Source: Amoebophrya sp. A120
Lineage: Eukaryota > Protista > Dinoflagellata
Direction of reading: 5' to 3'
Assembly: GCA_905178155.1 (NCBI GenBank)
Contig: CAJINV010000001.1
Location: 10,968,311-11,032,310, forward strand
Length of the DNA stretch: 64,000 nt
In this document: positions 35,201 to 48,167 of the stretch, piece after piece
Layout: the number at the start of each line of letters is the position of its first letter
How positions within the stretch are numbered: position 1 is the first letter of the stretch
Notes under the pieces: model-generated
The model's database searches: none
The model's input: the letters and a program-made list of their open reading frames with translations, nothing else
Told to the model about the DNA's origin: nothing
Position numbers and translations under genes: made by a program

Positions 35201-38200
35201 ACGGCATTCAGGAAACGGAGATCGTTGGCGCCGAGGGACACGACCCCTCCCGGGTCACCTCGGCTTCCCGGGCCACGCAAATAAAGCGCACCACGCAGAC
35301 CGGGAACGTTGTCACCGACGAGGAGGAGGAGGATGAGGAGGACGAAGATGAGGAGGGCCAGCCCCGTTTCGGCGACCAAGGGACCGCGCCCGAAGAGATT
35401 GGGGCGGACAGGAGAAGCAAGAAGAGTAGCATGCGCATGGACGCTGCAACCGCAGCGGCAGTGCAAGCTGCACAAGAAATGGCGGACAAGTCGCCCACGA
35501 AGAAGAAGGCTGCAAAGGTATTCATTACATCAATGTCCAGACCTGCTTCAAAAAGTAAGGCACGGCTTGCGCTGCTAGCCAATTATTTGGTCTCTTGTAA
35601 CATGGTTCCTAGCGAAACTCCATACAACATCCATGCTTCTTTTTTACTTTAAAAATCTTGGATTCGTGTTGACCAATTAGACTCACGCTTATCGGGATAC
35701 AAAAATTTACACAGGTTATGGAGCACCTTGGTTTGTCGCCGATCTCTCCATCGGGCGGTGCGCTGGGAACGGGTTTCTACCGGACGGCGACTCCGGACGA
35801 GCGCGAGGAGTTCCGGCAGAATCGGCAGAGCGTGCGGGACCGCATTGCGGGGCGCAACGTTGCGAACGAAACGCCCGCCGACATTTTGCTGGACGAGGTC
35901 GACTTCCTCGGCGTCGACCGCGAGGAAATGGAGAGGGAGCACCGGGACGTGCTGAAGGAGTTCGAGGAGATGGCCATGGAGCGGATGCAGGAGGGCGCGC
36001 CCGAAGACCGCGTGGAGGAGTACCGCGCCAGCGAGGCCTTGTACATGATGGTCATCGAGCAAGCGCACATGGCGAAGGAGGTCGACCAGATGCTGACCAT
36101 GCTGAAGGAAGGGCTGCAGACCGAAGAACTGACGCTGGAAGAGGCGTATTCCGTCGTGGAGCAGTCTCTGGCGCTGGTCGCGACGCGGCAGTTTGTGCGC
36201 CGACACGGGAAGCTGCTGCAGGAAGTGCACAAGCTGCGGATGGAGTATCAGGGGAAGCCGAACATCGGCGAGGGCCACATGTTTCCGACGCCGGGGTCGC
36301 ACAACCGGGCCTGGTACCGTTACGCGTCCCTGGCCATGATCCGCCTGATCGAAGCGATTCGCCTGGAGTACAAGCTGCAGTCCCACCAGACCATTCTGGA
36401 GAAACACATGTCGCACCTGAAGTTCGTGATCGAGGTCGAGCTCGCAGGCGGGGAAGATCCCGAAAACGAGCTGATCGGCGAGGACATTGCCGAGGCGCGG
36501 GCGGCCGTGTGGCGGCTGATCGATGCCTTGCGCAAGGGGCGCGCGGACGAGACGGACAACAAACTGAAGAACAACTCGCTGCAGTTGGAGCAGAAGCTGT
36601 TGGGGTTGGACGCCATCCTGCGGGAAAAGGACCCGGCCACGTCGCAGCAAATCTTGCTTTCTCTCTTTATCGACATCGAAAGCACGATGCGGTTTGGCTG
36701 TGTCCAGTACGAGAACGAGGTGTTGAAGGTCCCCGGCACGACATCACGCATGAGTGTGTTGTCGCAGATCGAAGCCCGCGACGCGTTGACGAAGGAACGA
36801 CAGGCCGTCATGAAGACCGAGATGGGGGAGCCTACCTCACTGCCCCTGGGTACACAAATTCGACGAGCAGCCAACATGCCTCCGCGTTACATCGCACCAG
36901 TCAAGACGGAACTGAGTACTTTCTTTTTGTTTTTTTTTTGGGCGTTGTTTCTTAGTAGGTACACATAGCATAGGACCACCTCCGAACAAACACAGAGCGA
37001 CGAAGATATGTAGTGAGATCATTGGCGCCAACTATCTATCGCAATTTCATTTCTAAATCAGCTTTCGACCCTTCCCGTGACGGCACTGCGGATGGGACTT
37101 TGATGTCGCAAGGCCAGTTGGCCGCGTATACGGAGCAGTACCTGAAGGAAGAACTGGACGAGAGCGGGAAAATGAAGGCGGAGCAGTGGGGCAGGTACCA
37201 GGATGCCTACGAGCAGCGCATGATGGAGGCGAGCGACCATCTCAGCCTCGACGAGGTGGAGCGGCTGAAGCAGCCGTGTCTGCCCGCGGGCATCGACCTG
37301 GTGCAGCTGCTCGCTGCCGCTTCCCGGTACGAGATGGGATTGCTGGAGCAGCGCCCGGTGAGCGAAAAGACGCGCAACCATGAGGGGTTCAAGGCCGAGA
37401 TGCTGGCGCTGAAGCGCGACGTCGTGATCTCGCTGACCACGCGCAAGCCCACGGTGCCCGAGAAGCTTGACCGCGACAAGCTGGCGCGGCGGTTCGAGGA
37501 CATTGCGTTCACCTGGGCGCTGGGGGCGGACGCGCACGACCGCCTGGCGGCCACCGGGTTTCCCGCGGAGGGCAAAGAGTTTGGCGGGGACGAGGAGGAG
37601 TATGACTTGCACCGGTTTGACCCGCTGGGCGTGTACACGGCGACCGCGGAGGTGGACAGCTTGCCGTTGTGGGAGCAGCCGACGGTGCGCAAGCAGCAGC
37701 GCACCGTGGAACAGCTGATGCAGATCTACCAGACGCTGGACCCGCACATTCGCCACACCTTCCCGCTGCGGCGGGAGCTGAAGAAGCTGATGCTAGCGGA
37801 CGCGTACGAGGACGACGACACGGACGTGTCTCCGCCGATGAAGTTTATCATCAACAACCAGCCAGCCGGCCTGCCGCGGTTCATGTGGTACGCAAGCGAC
37901 AAGTGCGGGCCGAACCCGAACGAGCGCCCGCCGTGGGATACACGGGTGAAAATGTGGCTAGACGACGAGGGCCACAAGGTGTTCGCCCACGACGAGCCGC
38001 CGAAGTCGCCCATGCGCAAGAGTCAGGCGTCGACATTCACCGGCGCCGTCTCGGAAGTGCAGGACGGAGCCGGAGGTTCAGACGACGAGGAAGACGCTGA
38101 TGGCGAGGAGAACGAAGGTGGTGCCCCAGCCTCCGAGAGGGAGCCGACGGCAAAGCGTTCCAGCGTGAAGCGCGACAGCACAGCCTCTGCCAAAATCAGC

Positions 38201-40216
38201 GAAACGGCTGCCGCGAGGGCTTCGGAGACACGGGCGAGTGCGAGGGAGCCGTCTGTTCCGCGTGAGCCGACCGTGGCAGAGAAGATGCCGTCCGAAAAAC
38301 AACCGACCGTGGTTGACACACCGGCCGAGGAAGTCAAGGAAGACGATGGCGCAGCTTCGCTCACCGGCAGCGAAAAGTCGGGTCCACCGGGCGGCGCCGG
38401 CGACTCGAACACCAAGAGACCGTCCGCAGTGAAGCGCTTGCCGCAAGTCACAAACAGTGGCGGGTACCTGCCGAAAGGCAACTGGAAGAAGGACGCCACC
38501 AGCTGGATGAACCGGCGGCGCGCCAGCTCGGACGAGAACGCTATCGTGAAGCCCGCGGGCCCAGTTAAAACTCACGCCGGACATCATTTCCGCCAGAGCG
38601 AGGCGCATCTTATGCAGCAAGCCTCCGCACCAGCTCCGGGCCAGGCGGGTCGGGCCTCGGCAATGCAGGGTCCTCGGGGACCCTCGGCAGTGCAGCAGGA
38701 CGGTCGGGGACCGTCGGCCATGCAACAGGACGGACAAAGACCCTCGGCAATGCAGGGTCGGCCCTCCGCAATGCAGGGTCGGGGCCCTTCTGCAATGCAG
38801 GACGCCGGTCGGGCACCCTCCGCGAAAAAGTCCGTGACCATCAACGAAGACCCCATGGCAGGCGCGTCGTCCCCGGAAGACGGCATGCCGCACATTCCTG
38901 TTCCAAGTGAGGTGCCTTCCGCCTCCGGGGTTGCCGCAAGTGCTCTGGACAATGAGGCCTTCGCGAACCAGTTTGGCGATGTAACGCCGTTGCCGCAGCA
39001 GGAACTTCCTCCAGAAGACACGAATGCGCCAAACTTGGACGACCAGAAGAGGCCGTCGGGCGACGTGGAGATCGTTGTGGATGGCGGTGAGCAAGCCGAA
39101 GGCCTTCCGGCAGACGGCGCAGCGCCAACTACCGGAGATGGACAGTCCACTGCACAAGAAAGTGGGGCTGCCAGTGGTTCACCCTATCCCCCAGGGCACG
39201 ACGAGCGCTCGTTCGCAAAAAAGAATCAGGTGCGGGTCCACAAGCAGCACCGCATTTCCCACAACCTCCACGAGCATCCGGATCCCGGTTCTCCGCGCGG
39301 GGGCCTGCCGGTACACCACATTTCGCGCAAAAAGCACGGCGACCCGAAGGGCATCGTGGGCAAGAAGGCCGCAACTGGAGACCGAAACTCGGCAGCCGAT
39401 CGGGCAGCAGCGGGGGAGTCGGAACGAACCTCGGCACCTCCGAAGCCGCAGGACCCGCTCGAGCAACAGATGGAGTCCACCTTCGGGGCGGGTATGAACC
39501 TGGAGGGCGGCGCCGCCCGCAACATCGTGCTCATGTTCGGTCCGCGCACGAGTGGGAAAAAGATCGTGGCCGAGAAGAGCCGGCAGCGGTACGGCATCCC
39601 CACCATCAAATTCGCGGACGTGATGCAGGAGAGCAACCTGGACCCGGACACGGCGGGCGACGAGGTGATTCTCGAAGCCATGGCGACGCGGTTGAAGCAG
39701 GGCGACTGCAACAACGGTGTGATTCTGGATGGCTACCCAGCCAGCGTCGAGCAGGCGAAGCGCTTGGACGAGGCGCTCGGAGACTACGGCGAGTCGATCA
39801 CGCGCGTGTGGGACCTGGAGGTGAGCCAGGAGTCGTTCGAGAAGCGGTTGTGCGGGCGGTGGTTCCACCCCGCGTCGGGCCGCACCTACCACGCGGTCTA
39901 CAAGCCGCCGAAATCCTTTAAGGGCACCACGGTGTACGAAGCCACGCCAGAGAACATGTTGGACGACAAAACGGGCGAACCGCTGATCCAGCGCGAGAAG
40001 GACAAGCTGCACACGATCCAGTCGGAACTGGACAAGTACCGCCAGGCGATGGCCCCGGTCGTCGAGTACTACGGCCAGCAACTCGAGTACAAGGGTAAGC
40101 AGCAGGTGCGAAAGGTCGACGCCAAGCTCATACAGAAAGCGCGAATGAAAGCCAAGGTAGATGCTGTCACCGCGGTGATGTCTCTGCAGCCAACGCAGAG
40201 GTCGGATCTTTCCTAA
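32281..40216 (+). CDS. Giant protein (~2500 aa) with PDZ-like domains, helical/acidic region and C-terminal adenylate-kinase-like domain, 3 exons
   Basis: Three long ORFs are joined by phase-compatible GT-AG introns (35518-35714, 36916-37061). PDZ: LGVGVNGSTVVAVDLGGTAHAAGIYPGDEITAVAG and GLNPGDQIFSLGG. ADK: GPRTSGK, GVILDGYP, and lid RLCGRWFHPASGRTYH..PPK..DDKTGEPLIQR. Confidence 0.8.
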
Positions 40217-41152
40217 AAACAGAGCTGCTGGAATAAACAGATAGCATTAGCTTTAGCAGCGGAAAAGTGCCGGTACGGCAAGCAGCCAGCACACTCTAAG
40301 TTTGTTGCGTAAAGTTATACAAATACAAAAGAGAAATCAGAAATTTTTACCCCCCTGCGCTCCACCTGATGTAATTGGCACTTTTCACAAACTACGCCAC
40401 ACAGCATTCGGGCAACTCCCCTGTTGTCGAAGCTGTCGCTATCTATCTCACTATTTCCACCTAATAGATTAACCATGAATTAATGGAATTACACGTATCT
40501 ATGTTTCATTCATTGTCAGTCACATCTCTGCGTTTCATTTTGATCATTTCAACTTTAATCTTATTGCATTTCGCTTGTCGCATTAGTGTTTAGAAGGTAC
40601 AACTACAATACATCCTTTTTAGTCTTTTTTTCAGAATATTACCACTTATTATTTCAAATTCTTCAACACAACAATTCATTGTAATTCACATGACCTTCAC
40701 TCGAGATTTTTGAATCGTATAGACATGAAACTTGCGACCACCTATGTAAGAAAGAGAAGTAGCCCTTCATCGTCCTTTTTATGTGTAAGTGTGGCCTAGT
40801 AGCTCACCAGCCATTGCCATCGAGGGTCATCGATTGGAACTTTGAGCAAAAGTGTTTTAAAAGATGTTTTCATTCGTGACAAAACAAAGGGAGGCGGGCG
40901 CTTTGTCGTGATAAACAGGTGAACTACTAGACCGAAAAAACCAAAAGCAAATGGCCCAAGGAGTGCATTCTTGAGGAGTGCGAGGCTGAGGAAGAGAAGT
41001 GAGAGAGTTGACGCATCAAGCGCCGCAAAACAGGAACCGGCAGACATGATTTAGTTTCGGTTTATTTTGTCAAGTTTGCCTTTGCGCAAAGAAATAGTTT
41101 TGGTTCTTCCTTTTGCCTATAGCGCCAAAAGAAAATCTTCCGCAATACAAAA

Positions 41153-41539
41153 ATGGACCTGAATTTTGGAATTTCGGGTAAGTCCGCCTCTATCCAGGCG
41201 AGTGCGAAGCCCGCCCCGCGGGTTAGCAGCACGAGGCCGGGCGCCGGGTCGGCTACGTCCTCGTCCAGCTCGACCACTGCGCTTGGCGCAAAGTCGATGG
41301 TGCGCGCGTCGCAGTGGAGCCGGGATGTCGAAGACCTTTACCGGCTGCAGCAGGCCGGGTGGAAAACTCTCGAAGAATACACCGCCGCCAACGGGGCTCC
41401 CGATCGGTGGGAGCAGGAGCGATGCGCAGATCAATACATCTTGAAAACCAAATTGAAGTCCAACGGTTTTTTCGTGTACTGGAAAAAAGACCGCGAATGC
41501 CTCGACTCAGACTTGAAAAAGGTGAAGATTTATTCGTGA
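41153..41539 (+). CDS. MEIG1: Meiosis-expressed gene 1 (MEIG1) family protein
   Basis: KSMVRASQWSRDVEDLYRLQQAGW..EEY..DRW..Y..FFVYWKKDREC.DSDLKKVKIY matches the MEIG1 pattern. Confidence 0.9.
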   Translation: MDLNFGISGKSASIQASAKPAPRVSSTRPGAGSATSSSSSTTALGAKSMVRASQWSRDVEDLYRLQQAGWKTLEEYTAANGAPDRWEQERCADQYILKTKLKSNGFFVYWKKDRECLDSDLKKVKIYS

Positions 41540-42307
41540 AAGGAGACATAAATAAATACGCCCTTTGAGGAGACACCACAGAGATAACGAAGCAACACTA
41601 GTACACAGTTATTTGGTTTTCCGCCTTGCAGTTCCAGATCCAGTTCGTTGAACAAGAACTTGAAATTCGAATTCGTGGTCGCCGCTGTGCGAGCGTCTTG
41701 TACGTGTCAGAGGCTGAACCTGAATCCGCGAAATAATTGACGCGAAAGTTGCAAAACGTACTGAAAGTACTTACTTAATAAATTTGCCGCACCGGTGAAC
41801 CTCAGATCATATGTAGCAAAAAAAGTTCAAATCATGCGAATCCTCACTAGGCCTGCTCGAGAAGTCCAGATCGCGTTCCTTCCTAGTTTTCATTGCACTC
41901 AGGAAAGGTGTGCAGAAATTAAAAAAAACAGGCGATCAGAACGAGGATCAAACCGCTCCAAATCTCGGAGAAAGAACTGCTCCTCCCGTTCCAAGAAACA
42001 AATCGTGATCAACCACCGCGGAAGATCATATGGATCAATATTCCAAGCGATCTTCTTGAGACCTTGTCCTTACGATTTACCTAGTTAGGAGGCTTGCTTC
42101 AAATAAAGCATGTTCACGACGCAAATTTTCCTTTGAGCAGGCGACCTGCATCTCTATGTATAGCCTTTCCACGACCACTTTCACGTTCACCGTAGACCAC
42201 CGAGAGGACTTGCTTTTCGATTGTTGCCATCTAGTTTTTACACACCACCTCCTTTTTTGCGACTAGGAAAACGAAAACACCGCTTCACACTTCGTTGCCG
42301 CGATAAA

Positions 42308-43456
42308 ATGTCGAAGAAGTATTTCGAGAAGCTGGCGAAGAACTCGGCCACGAGTTCGAAGGAGTATGAGTCCGAGTTTGGTCTGAAGATTCTGCAGAAA
42401 TTCGGTTGGTCCAAGGGCAAGGGCCTCGGAGCGAATCTCGATGGGTCGACGAAGTGCATTCAAATTCAGCGACGGGAGGAGGGTGTTGGTCTCGGTGGCG
42501 AGAAGGCAAAAACGGACGGAGATGAGAAGCAATGGGACAACTGGTGGTCAAGCGCGTACAACTCCGTCGCCGGAAAATTAGGCCAAGTTGGCGCCGGGTA
42601 CACTTTTTTTTTGTCGAAACTGATATAATTTTGCATGTGCAGGTCAATCGTAGTACTTGGTCACGGTGCAACATAAGTATGTGCGTCCTCGGTGGTAGAT
42701 TCATTTCCATGAAGCGTAGAAGTACCACCTGCTACACTTTCTAGAGTCTTTTTTTTGTCTACTTGTGAATTTCAAATTATCGAAAACAGAACATCTCCGG
42801 AAGCGAAGACCAACGAGGGCGATTCCTCCAGCGACTCGGACGAATCCTCGTCGGACCGAGAGGGTCCGGTCAAGGGTGTTTCCGCTATCAAAGGCGCACG
42901 AGTAATGCGTGGTAAGCTTGCCCGCGTCTGCCGCATGGATCAAAAACCCGCTTCTGCTGGAAGCAGTACAACTACAGGCACACAAGACCCTGCAGTGCCC
43001 CCGGCAGCAAAAGAACAGAAAGCTTCGTTACCAAATTGGCTGGTGCAGTTGCGAAAATTTCGAGACGAGCAAATTGCGAAGCTGAAATCGGCAGTGGGGG
43101 CAACTGAGCAAACGGAAAAGGCTTCCGTAGCTGGATCAACGACGTCGGAGAAACAAGCGCCTAGCGCCACGGAAAAGCAAGAGAAGAAGAAGAAGAAAAA
43201 GACTTCAGGGGAAGCATCTTCTACCACCGCTGCACCAATAAAGGACGCGACTTCTACGGTAGGGCAAGCGGAGGTGGTCAACACCGAAGCTCAGCAATCG
43301 GAAATCACGACGAAAGAAGCAAAGAAAAACAAAAAGCGAAAAGCAGAAGTTGCGGAGGAATTACAAAAGCCGGCTGTCACCGACGAAAGCAATAACGAAG
43401 GAGAAATCGTTGCTGAGCCCCCCAAGAAAAAAAAGAAGAAAAACAAATCTGATTAG
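42308..43456 (+). CDS. G-patch domain protein (GPATCH4/PINX1-like) with Lys-rich tail, 2 exons
   Basis: FGLKILQKFGWSKGKGLGANLDG..I..GVGLG, then DNWWSSAYN. GT-AG intron 42598-42789. KKKK-rich C-terminus. Confidence 0.85.
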
Positions 43457-44404
43457 ATCTTCGGAAATACAACGTTTTTGGAGGCTTCACGCAAAAATCC
43501 AACGCTTATGATGTATTTGCGGGTGTCACGCCCATACGACTTTTGCTACGCACCCACGTGAAATATAATTTTCCAAGCAAGCCGCACTGTGATGCAGTGG
43601 CAGTACTTACTTGATCTGTTGCGAATTTTGTGTGTTGGTGTTCTTCTTCGAGCTCTTGCCAATTAGGATCTGTTCAAAAGAGCAACTATGATGATGCGGA
43701 GCAAGAGATGATGCCACAACGAACTATATATAAGTCTGTCCGCCATTTCTAATTCTAGTATAATTGTGTTAAGCCAAAGAAGATCGGCGTGAAAAAGATA
43801 AGCCCAAGAAGCAGGAAAAAAAAAGTACAAAAAAAACATCGGTTTCCGTCGGATGGAATGGTATGACTGTGATATCTTCGAAAACATCGAGATTGAACGT
43901 CGGTGCAGGCATGAGCTGGAGCATCTCGCGCAGGATCACTGTCAGAAGGGGGTGTGGATGAAGTACCATCAGGATTTGTACCCAACCCATCATATGGTCC
44001 GCCTCTCGCCAATGTTACAGCACACACTGCTGCAACTTAGCATGTCGTATCCTCGATCCCATACTTACGCCATTTGACCATTTCTTTGCCTTCCTGCAAT
44101 TTCACAAGCTGAAAAGAGTTTCACTCGTAGTTTCGACATTTGCGCATACCCATCATGAACCTAATCTGTATCCAAAAGAAAAACGCCTTTTTCACGTACC
44201 TGACTACTGGCTTAGCCGACGTAGAGAGCATGAACCGTTTAAACTAAAGTGCCAATCATATGATCGTGTAGAAATCACCATAGTACATCTTTTGTCAGTT
44301 TTGATTTTGACTTTTTGTTGTAAAAATTTGAATCATGCGTTCGACCGAATATCTATATCAAACTTGCGCATATTTCCTGTATTTCTAAGTCGAGCGCCTC
44401 TACC

Positions 44405-46975
44405 ATGGTCACAACGATCCGATTTCTCGATTTAACGGGGGATGTAGGACATTCTTTGACTCTTCTGCAAGATCCGACGAATTTTGCTCGTAGTACTTGT
44501 AGCGAAGAAAAGGCATCAAGTGTTGATGAGACCAGCACTAATCTCGTCACCGTATCCTTTCTGAAGGATGAATTGCAGCGGGTCTATGGAGTCCCGAAAA
44601 GCTTACTCGCTATCACTGCTATTCCAATCACGAGGCAGCCAGTTATTGAGTTGTTGGACGAGTCTTCTTCCCCCGGGTCCGATTTCGAGAACGCCGACCC
44701 TTGTCACATGGACGCAGGAAGTGCGGAGGAAGAAGACGAGAATGAGACAGAATTACGCGACACCGACGCCGTTCGCCTTGAAGGAACTGCACAGGAGCAA
44801 CTTCAGAAAGAGAATCACACAGGTGTGGACTATGCCGGCGACCGCAACTGCGGCTTGGAACTCTTGATTGTGTTTAATCACACTGATGAAAACATCAGGG
44901 TGAAGAACGATGCCGGCCACGAGATGAAGTCGACCGACAGTGAAACGACATTGGTCCGCCCTGCTGATTTCGTGCACCCCGCCCCGCAAAGTGACAGCGC
45001 GCTCGCATGTACTCCAGTGGACGAGGAGCAAAAAGCCACGCTCTCGTCGACGATCATCAATCAGTCTGAAGATGAGCGAGGGACGACGTCTGTTGGGATG
45101 AAACAAGACGAACTAGGACTAGCTCTACTTCGAGATCATGCCGATGAGATTCCTGGACCTTTCACAACGCTGTTGAATTCCAGCCTGGCATTGACGTCTG
45201 ATACCGACCCGACAGATGCGAGCAACCTGTTTGCAACTACGTTTCCGTCGAGGACTGCAAGCCCCTCGTCGTCCCCATGCGGAGCAGCGCGCCGCGCAGT
45301 CTCTCGGGGTTCGGTTACTAGCACAGCCACACCGTCCTCGCGCGACTCCTCTACAGGCAGTAGTACTCGTAGCACTTCGTGTGTCGAGGAGGGTACTGTT
45401 TTATGCGAGCCGAGTGTTTCAGGATCAGGCGAGGGAGCCCGGGAGAATTTGTCCACAGGTATTAACCCCGCCAGAAGTCGTAAGGCGTCGAAGCAAAGAT
45501 GGTGCTACCTGCGGCTCGTGATTCGATCGACCAACTTCAAAGACCGCATTTCTTTACTCGAAGTCGATCGTATGGGCTACGCCTGTTGCCAGGAGTACGT
45601 TTTCCAGAATGCAGAGATGTTCGAAACCTCCCCGAACCTCCTGTTTCGTTTGGCTTGCACGACCTCCACGGGCGCAACGATCGCGAACAACAGGCAGCAG
45701 CAGAATGGCGTCTGGCAGCCCGAGCAGTTTTCTGGGCGTTATCTAGAAAATTTGACGGCCGCACTCATCGACTATCGCGCAAGGCTGCGAGGACGTACCG
45801 CAAAAGCACCAACTGAAGAAAGCCGCGACAAAACACAGGATCTGCGGCCTGTCGCCGAAGCACAAGACGACCTCTTTGCCTACGTCGAGAGTACTTCTGG
45901 ACTTTCCGCTTTCATGCTGGTCTGCCAGAAATTTTCCGCGAGTAAAGACGGGCTAAAGATGTGCTTTCAGCTGCTCGACCAGCTTCCCGCCCACGTGGTC
46001 ACGCACATCTCGAAGCGCGGCATCACCGCACTGCTTTGCAGCCGAAGCGAGACCTTGAGCCTCGCAATTTTGGACCACGCCGGCGGCTTGGTCGTCGATG
46101 ATGAAGACGGCTGCTCGGACGACGCGTCCTCACTTGTAAGCATGATTTGCAGTGAGGACGTTCTGTATCGCACCAATGTGATGCATTTAGCGTGCTCGAG
46201 GCGGCACCGGGACTTGGTAAACCGGATTCTGGACGTTCTCGAGCAGTATCTGTGGTCCTTCGTGGCGCAGGAAACGCGGCAGAAGATTCACGAGACCATG
46301 CAGGTTACAGCAGCACCAAAAGCATCGCCGGGGTCCTCGAGAAAATACGCAAGACGGAGCAGCAGCTGCGGCCAAATTATGTTCACACCACCGGGCGTCG
46401 TTTCGACCGGTGGGAAAATTGTCCACAATGCCAAACCCACCACGACAGCGATGAATCTCGTGCCGTCGATGCACGAGCTAGGAAACTCAAGGAGGACCAG
46501 CAATACGGAACGAGAGGAGCAACTCCAGAAGTCTCCGAAAAACGGAGTTGACAGCAACAGCCAGACTACACATTTGGACATGGAGGACACGGTGTCGCAG
46601 TCGCAGCATGCTTTGATGTCACCGCCTGGCTCTACAACTTCATCAGCGCTTATTCTTTCTGCAAATTCGCCAGCGTCCTGTCGCACCATAAATCGAAGGT
46701 CCCTTTCCTTGGAGTCCGGTTCCGACACAATAACTTATTCCGGAAAAAGAGTCCCATATCCACCACCGTCGTCACCTTTGAATGCTTTCCAGCAAAAATC
46801 GCAAACAGCATCGACTTGGATTCTCGGCGACATTTACAAATTTCTGTGCATGAAGGACCGCCAGGACCGAACGCCTGGATCGCTCGCCGGGCTGAACGGC
46901 TGGCGTGACGTGGAACAGCGAATCGTTGGCCTGTTGCGACGAACGCAAATTTTAGACCGCACCGGTTCGCTCTGA
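44405..46975 (+). CDS. Ankyrin-repeat-like protein with possible N-terminal ubiquitin-like domain
   Basis: 856-aa single ORF. Ankyrin-like segments SGLSAFMLVC, RGITALL, RTNVMHLACSRRHRDLVNRIL, KDRQDRTPGSLA. N-terminal IRFLDLTG..TVSFLKDELQRVYGVP. Confidence 0.7.
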   Translation: MVTTIRFLDLTGDVGHSLTLLQDPTNFARSTCSEEKASSVDETSTNLVTVSFLKDELQRVYGVPKSLLAITAIPITRQPVIELLDESSSPGSDFENADPCHMDAGSAEEEDENETELRDTDAVRLEGTAQEQLQKENHTGVDYAGDRNCGLELLIVFNHTDENIRVKNDAGHEMKSTDSETTLVRPADFVHPAPQSDSALACTPVDEEQKATLSSTIINQSEDERGTTSVGMKQDELGLALLRDHADEIPGPFTTLLNSSLALTSDTDPTDASNLFATTFPSRTASPSSSPCGAARRAVSRGSVTSTATPSSRDSSTGSSTRSTSCVEEGTVLCEPSVSGSGEGARENLSTGINPARSRKASKQRWCYLRLVIRSTNFKDRISLLEVDRMGYACCQEYVFQNAEMFETSPNLLFRLACTTSTGATIANNRQQQNGVWQPEQFSGRYLENLTAALIDYRARLRGRTAKAPTEESRDKTQDLRPVAEAQDDLFAYVESTSGLSAFMLVCQKFSASKDGLKMCFQLLDQLPAHVVTHISKRGITALLCSRSETLSLAILDHAGGLVVDDEDGCSDDASSLVSMICSEDVLYRTNVMHLACSRRHRDLVNRILDVLEQYLWSFVAQETRQKIHETMQVTAAPKASPGSSRKYARRSSSCGQIMFTPPGVVSTGGKIVHNAKPTTTAMNLVPSMHELGNSRRTSNTEREEQLQKSPKNGVDSNSQTTHLDMEDTVSQSQHALMSPPGSTTSSALILSANSPASCRTINRRSLSLESGSDTITYSGKRVPYPPPSSPLNAFQQKSQTASTWILGDIYKFLCMKDRQDRTPGSLAGLNGWRDVEQRIVGLLRRTQILDRTGSL

Positions 46976-48167
46976 GTGCTAAGTATACGTCTTGTCATCC
47001 GATGCCTACATGCAAAATCAGTACTTTTCGACGTGCTTTTAGTTTTACTTTTAGATCTGGCCCCATTCCTCATCCCCAGAGCATGATTTGTTTCTTTTTC
47101 ATGATGTCCATGTCATTTTTGGTCGTACGTTAATTATGAGTGTCGAACATAAACCTGGACCCGTGTGTAATCATACTATAGGATGTTCTCAGTCAATGTC
47201 GTTCTCAGTTCATATTCAACGCATGATACTTTGCTGACTGTGCGGACTTTTTCCCGCGAGGAAAGGTAAAGCACGCGATTGATGCCAAAACAAGTATATT
47301 CCACCAATCTGCTCTGCTTGCAGTAGATTTTGTGACGAGGAGTGAAATAAGTACTACATTGCGGCCGTCGCCGCGATTTCGCTTGTGTCGAGCTCGAAGT
47401 GGTCTAAATGATACGTCGCAGCGTCTAAGAGCCATAACTTGATGCGTGAGCGAAACTGCTGTTGCAGCTAGCAAGGTGATGTTCCTGTGCTTGAAGCTGG
47501 AGGATGCTTCTCATCTGTTTTCTGTGATGCCGTCTTCATCAGACAGGCACAGGCTCAAACGGCTACTTTCTTGTCATATCATGTTTCAAAACCAAAAGTA
47601 CAACATGATAAGCACCGGTATCTGCACTTTCAACTGCCCTTGCTTGAGCGTCTAGTGCCTGACACAGTTCCAGACGCATCTGTATCTTCATCAAGCTTTC
47701 TGTCGTAGTTTTTTGAACTTCAACTTTCCAGACCGAGGAAAAAAAAAACCAAACAGAGGCCAGCATGTGTGTCTTCTGAGAGAATCTTTATGACAAAGGA
47801 AATAAACTCAAACTGCTTTTTTTAGTACTGTGCTTTGGCTTGTCTTGTTCGATAAAACGTAGAATTTGTGCTTTCGAGCTGACTAACAATACATAAAGTC
47901 AAATCTTTCACTCTCATTGTCTTTGTTTCAGGTCACATCTCCCCGAGGTACTAGCGTTTTAGTTCGTCCGCAGTGCATTGCTATCTATCTATTTGCATGC
48001 TCAGCAGCTCTGAAGAACTCTATTTTTACACCGTCAGACTCAGACAGAAAGTACTAGTGTAGAGCAGTCTAGAAACTAAATTAGCTTTTTTAACAAATAA
48101 AGAGTGTCGTTGTATCTATCAGCTCAAACTTCCGACTGGCGGTCCGCGCATCCAGAACGGTGCAAAA

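Noticed and set aside
43690-44077. Short ORFs on both strands between the G-patch and ankyrin genes
   Set aside because: No recognisable motif or consistent exon structure.
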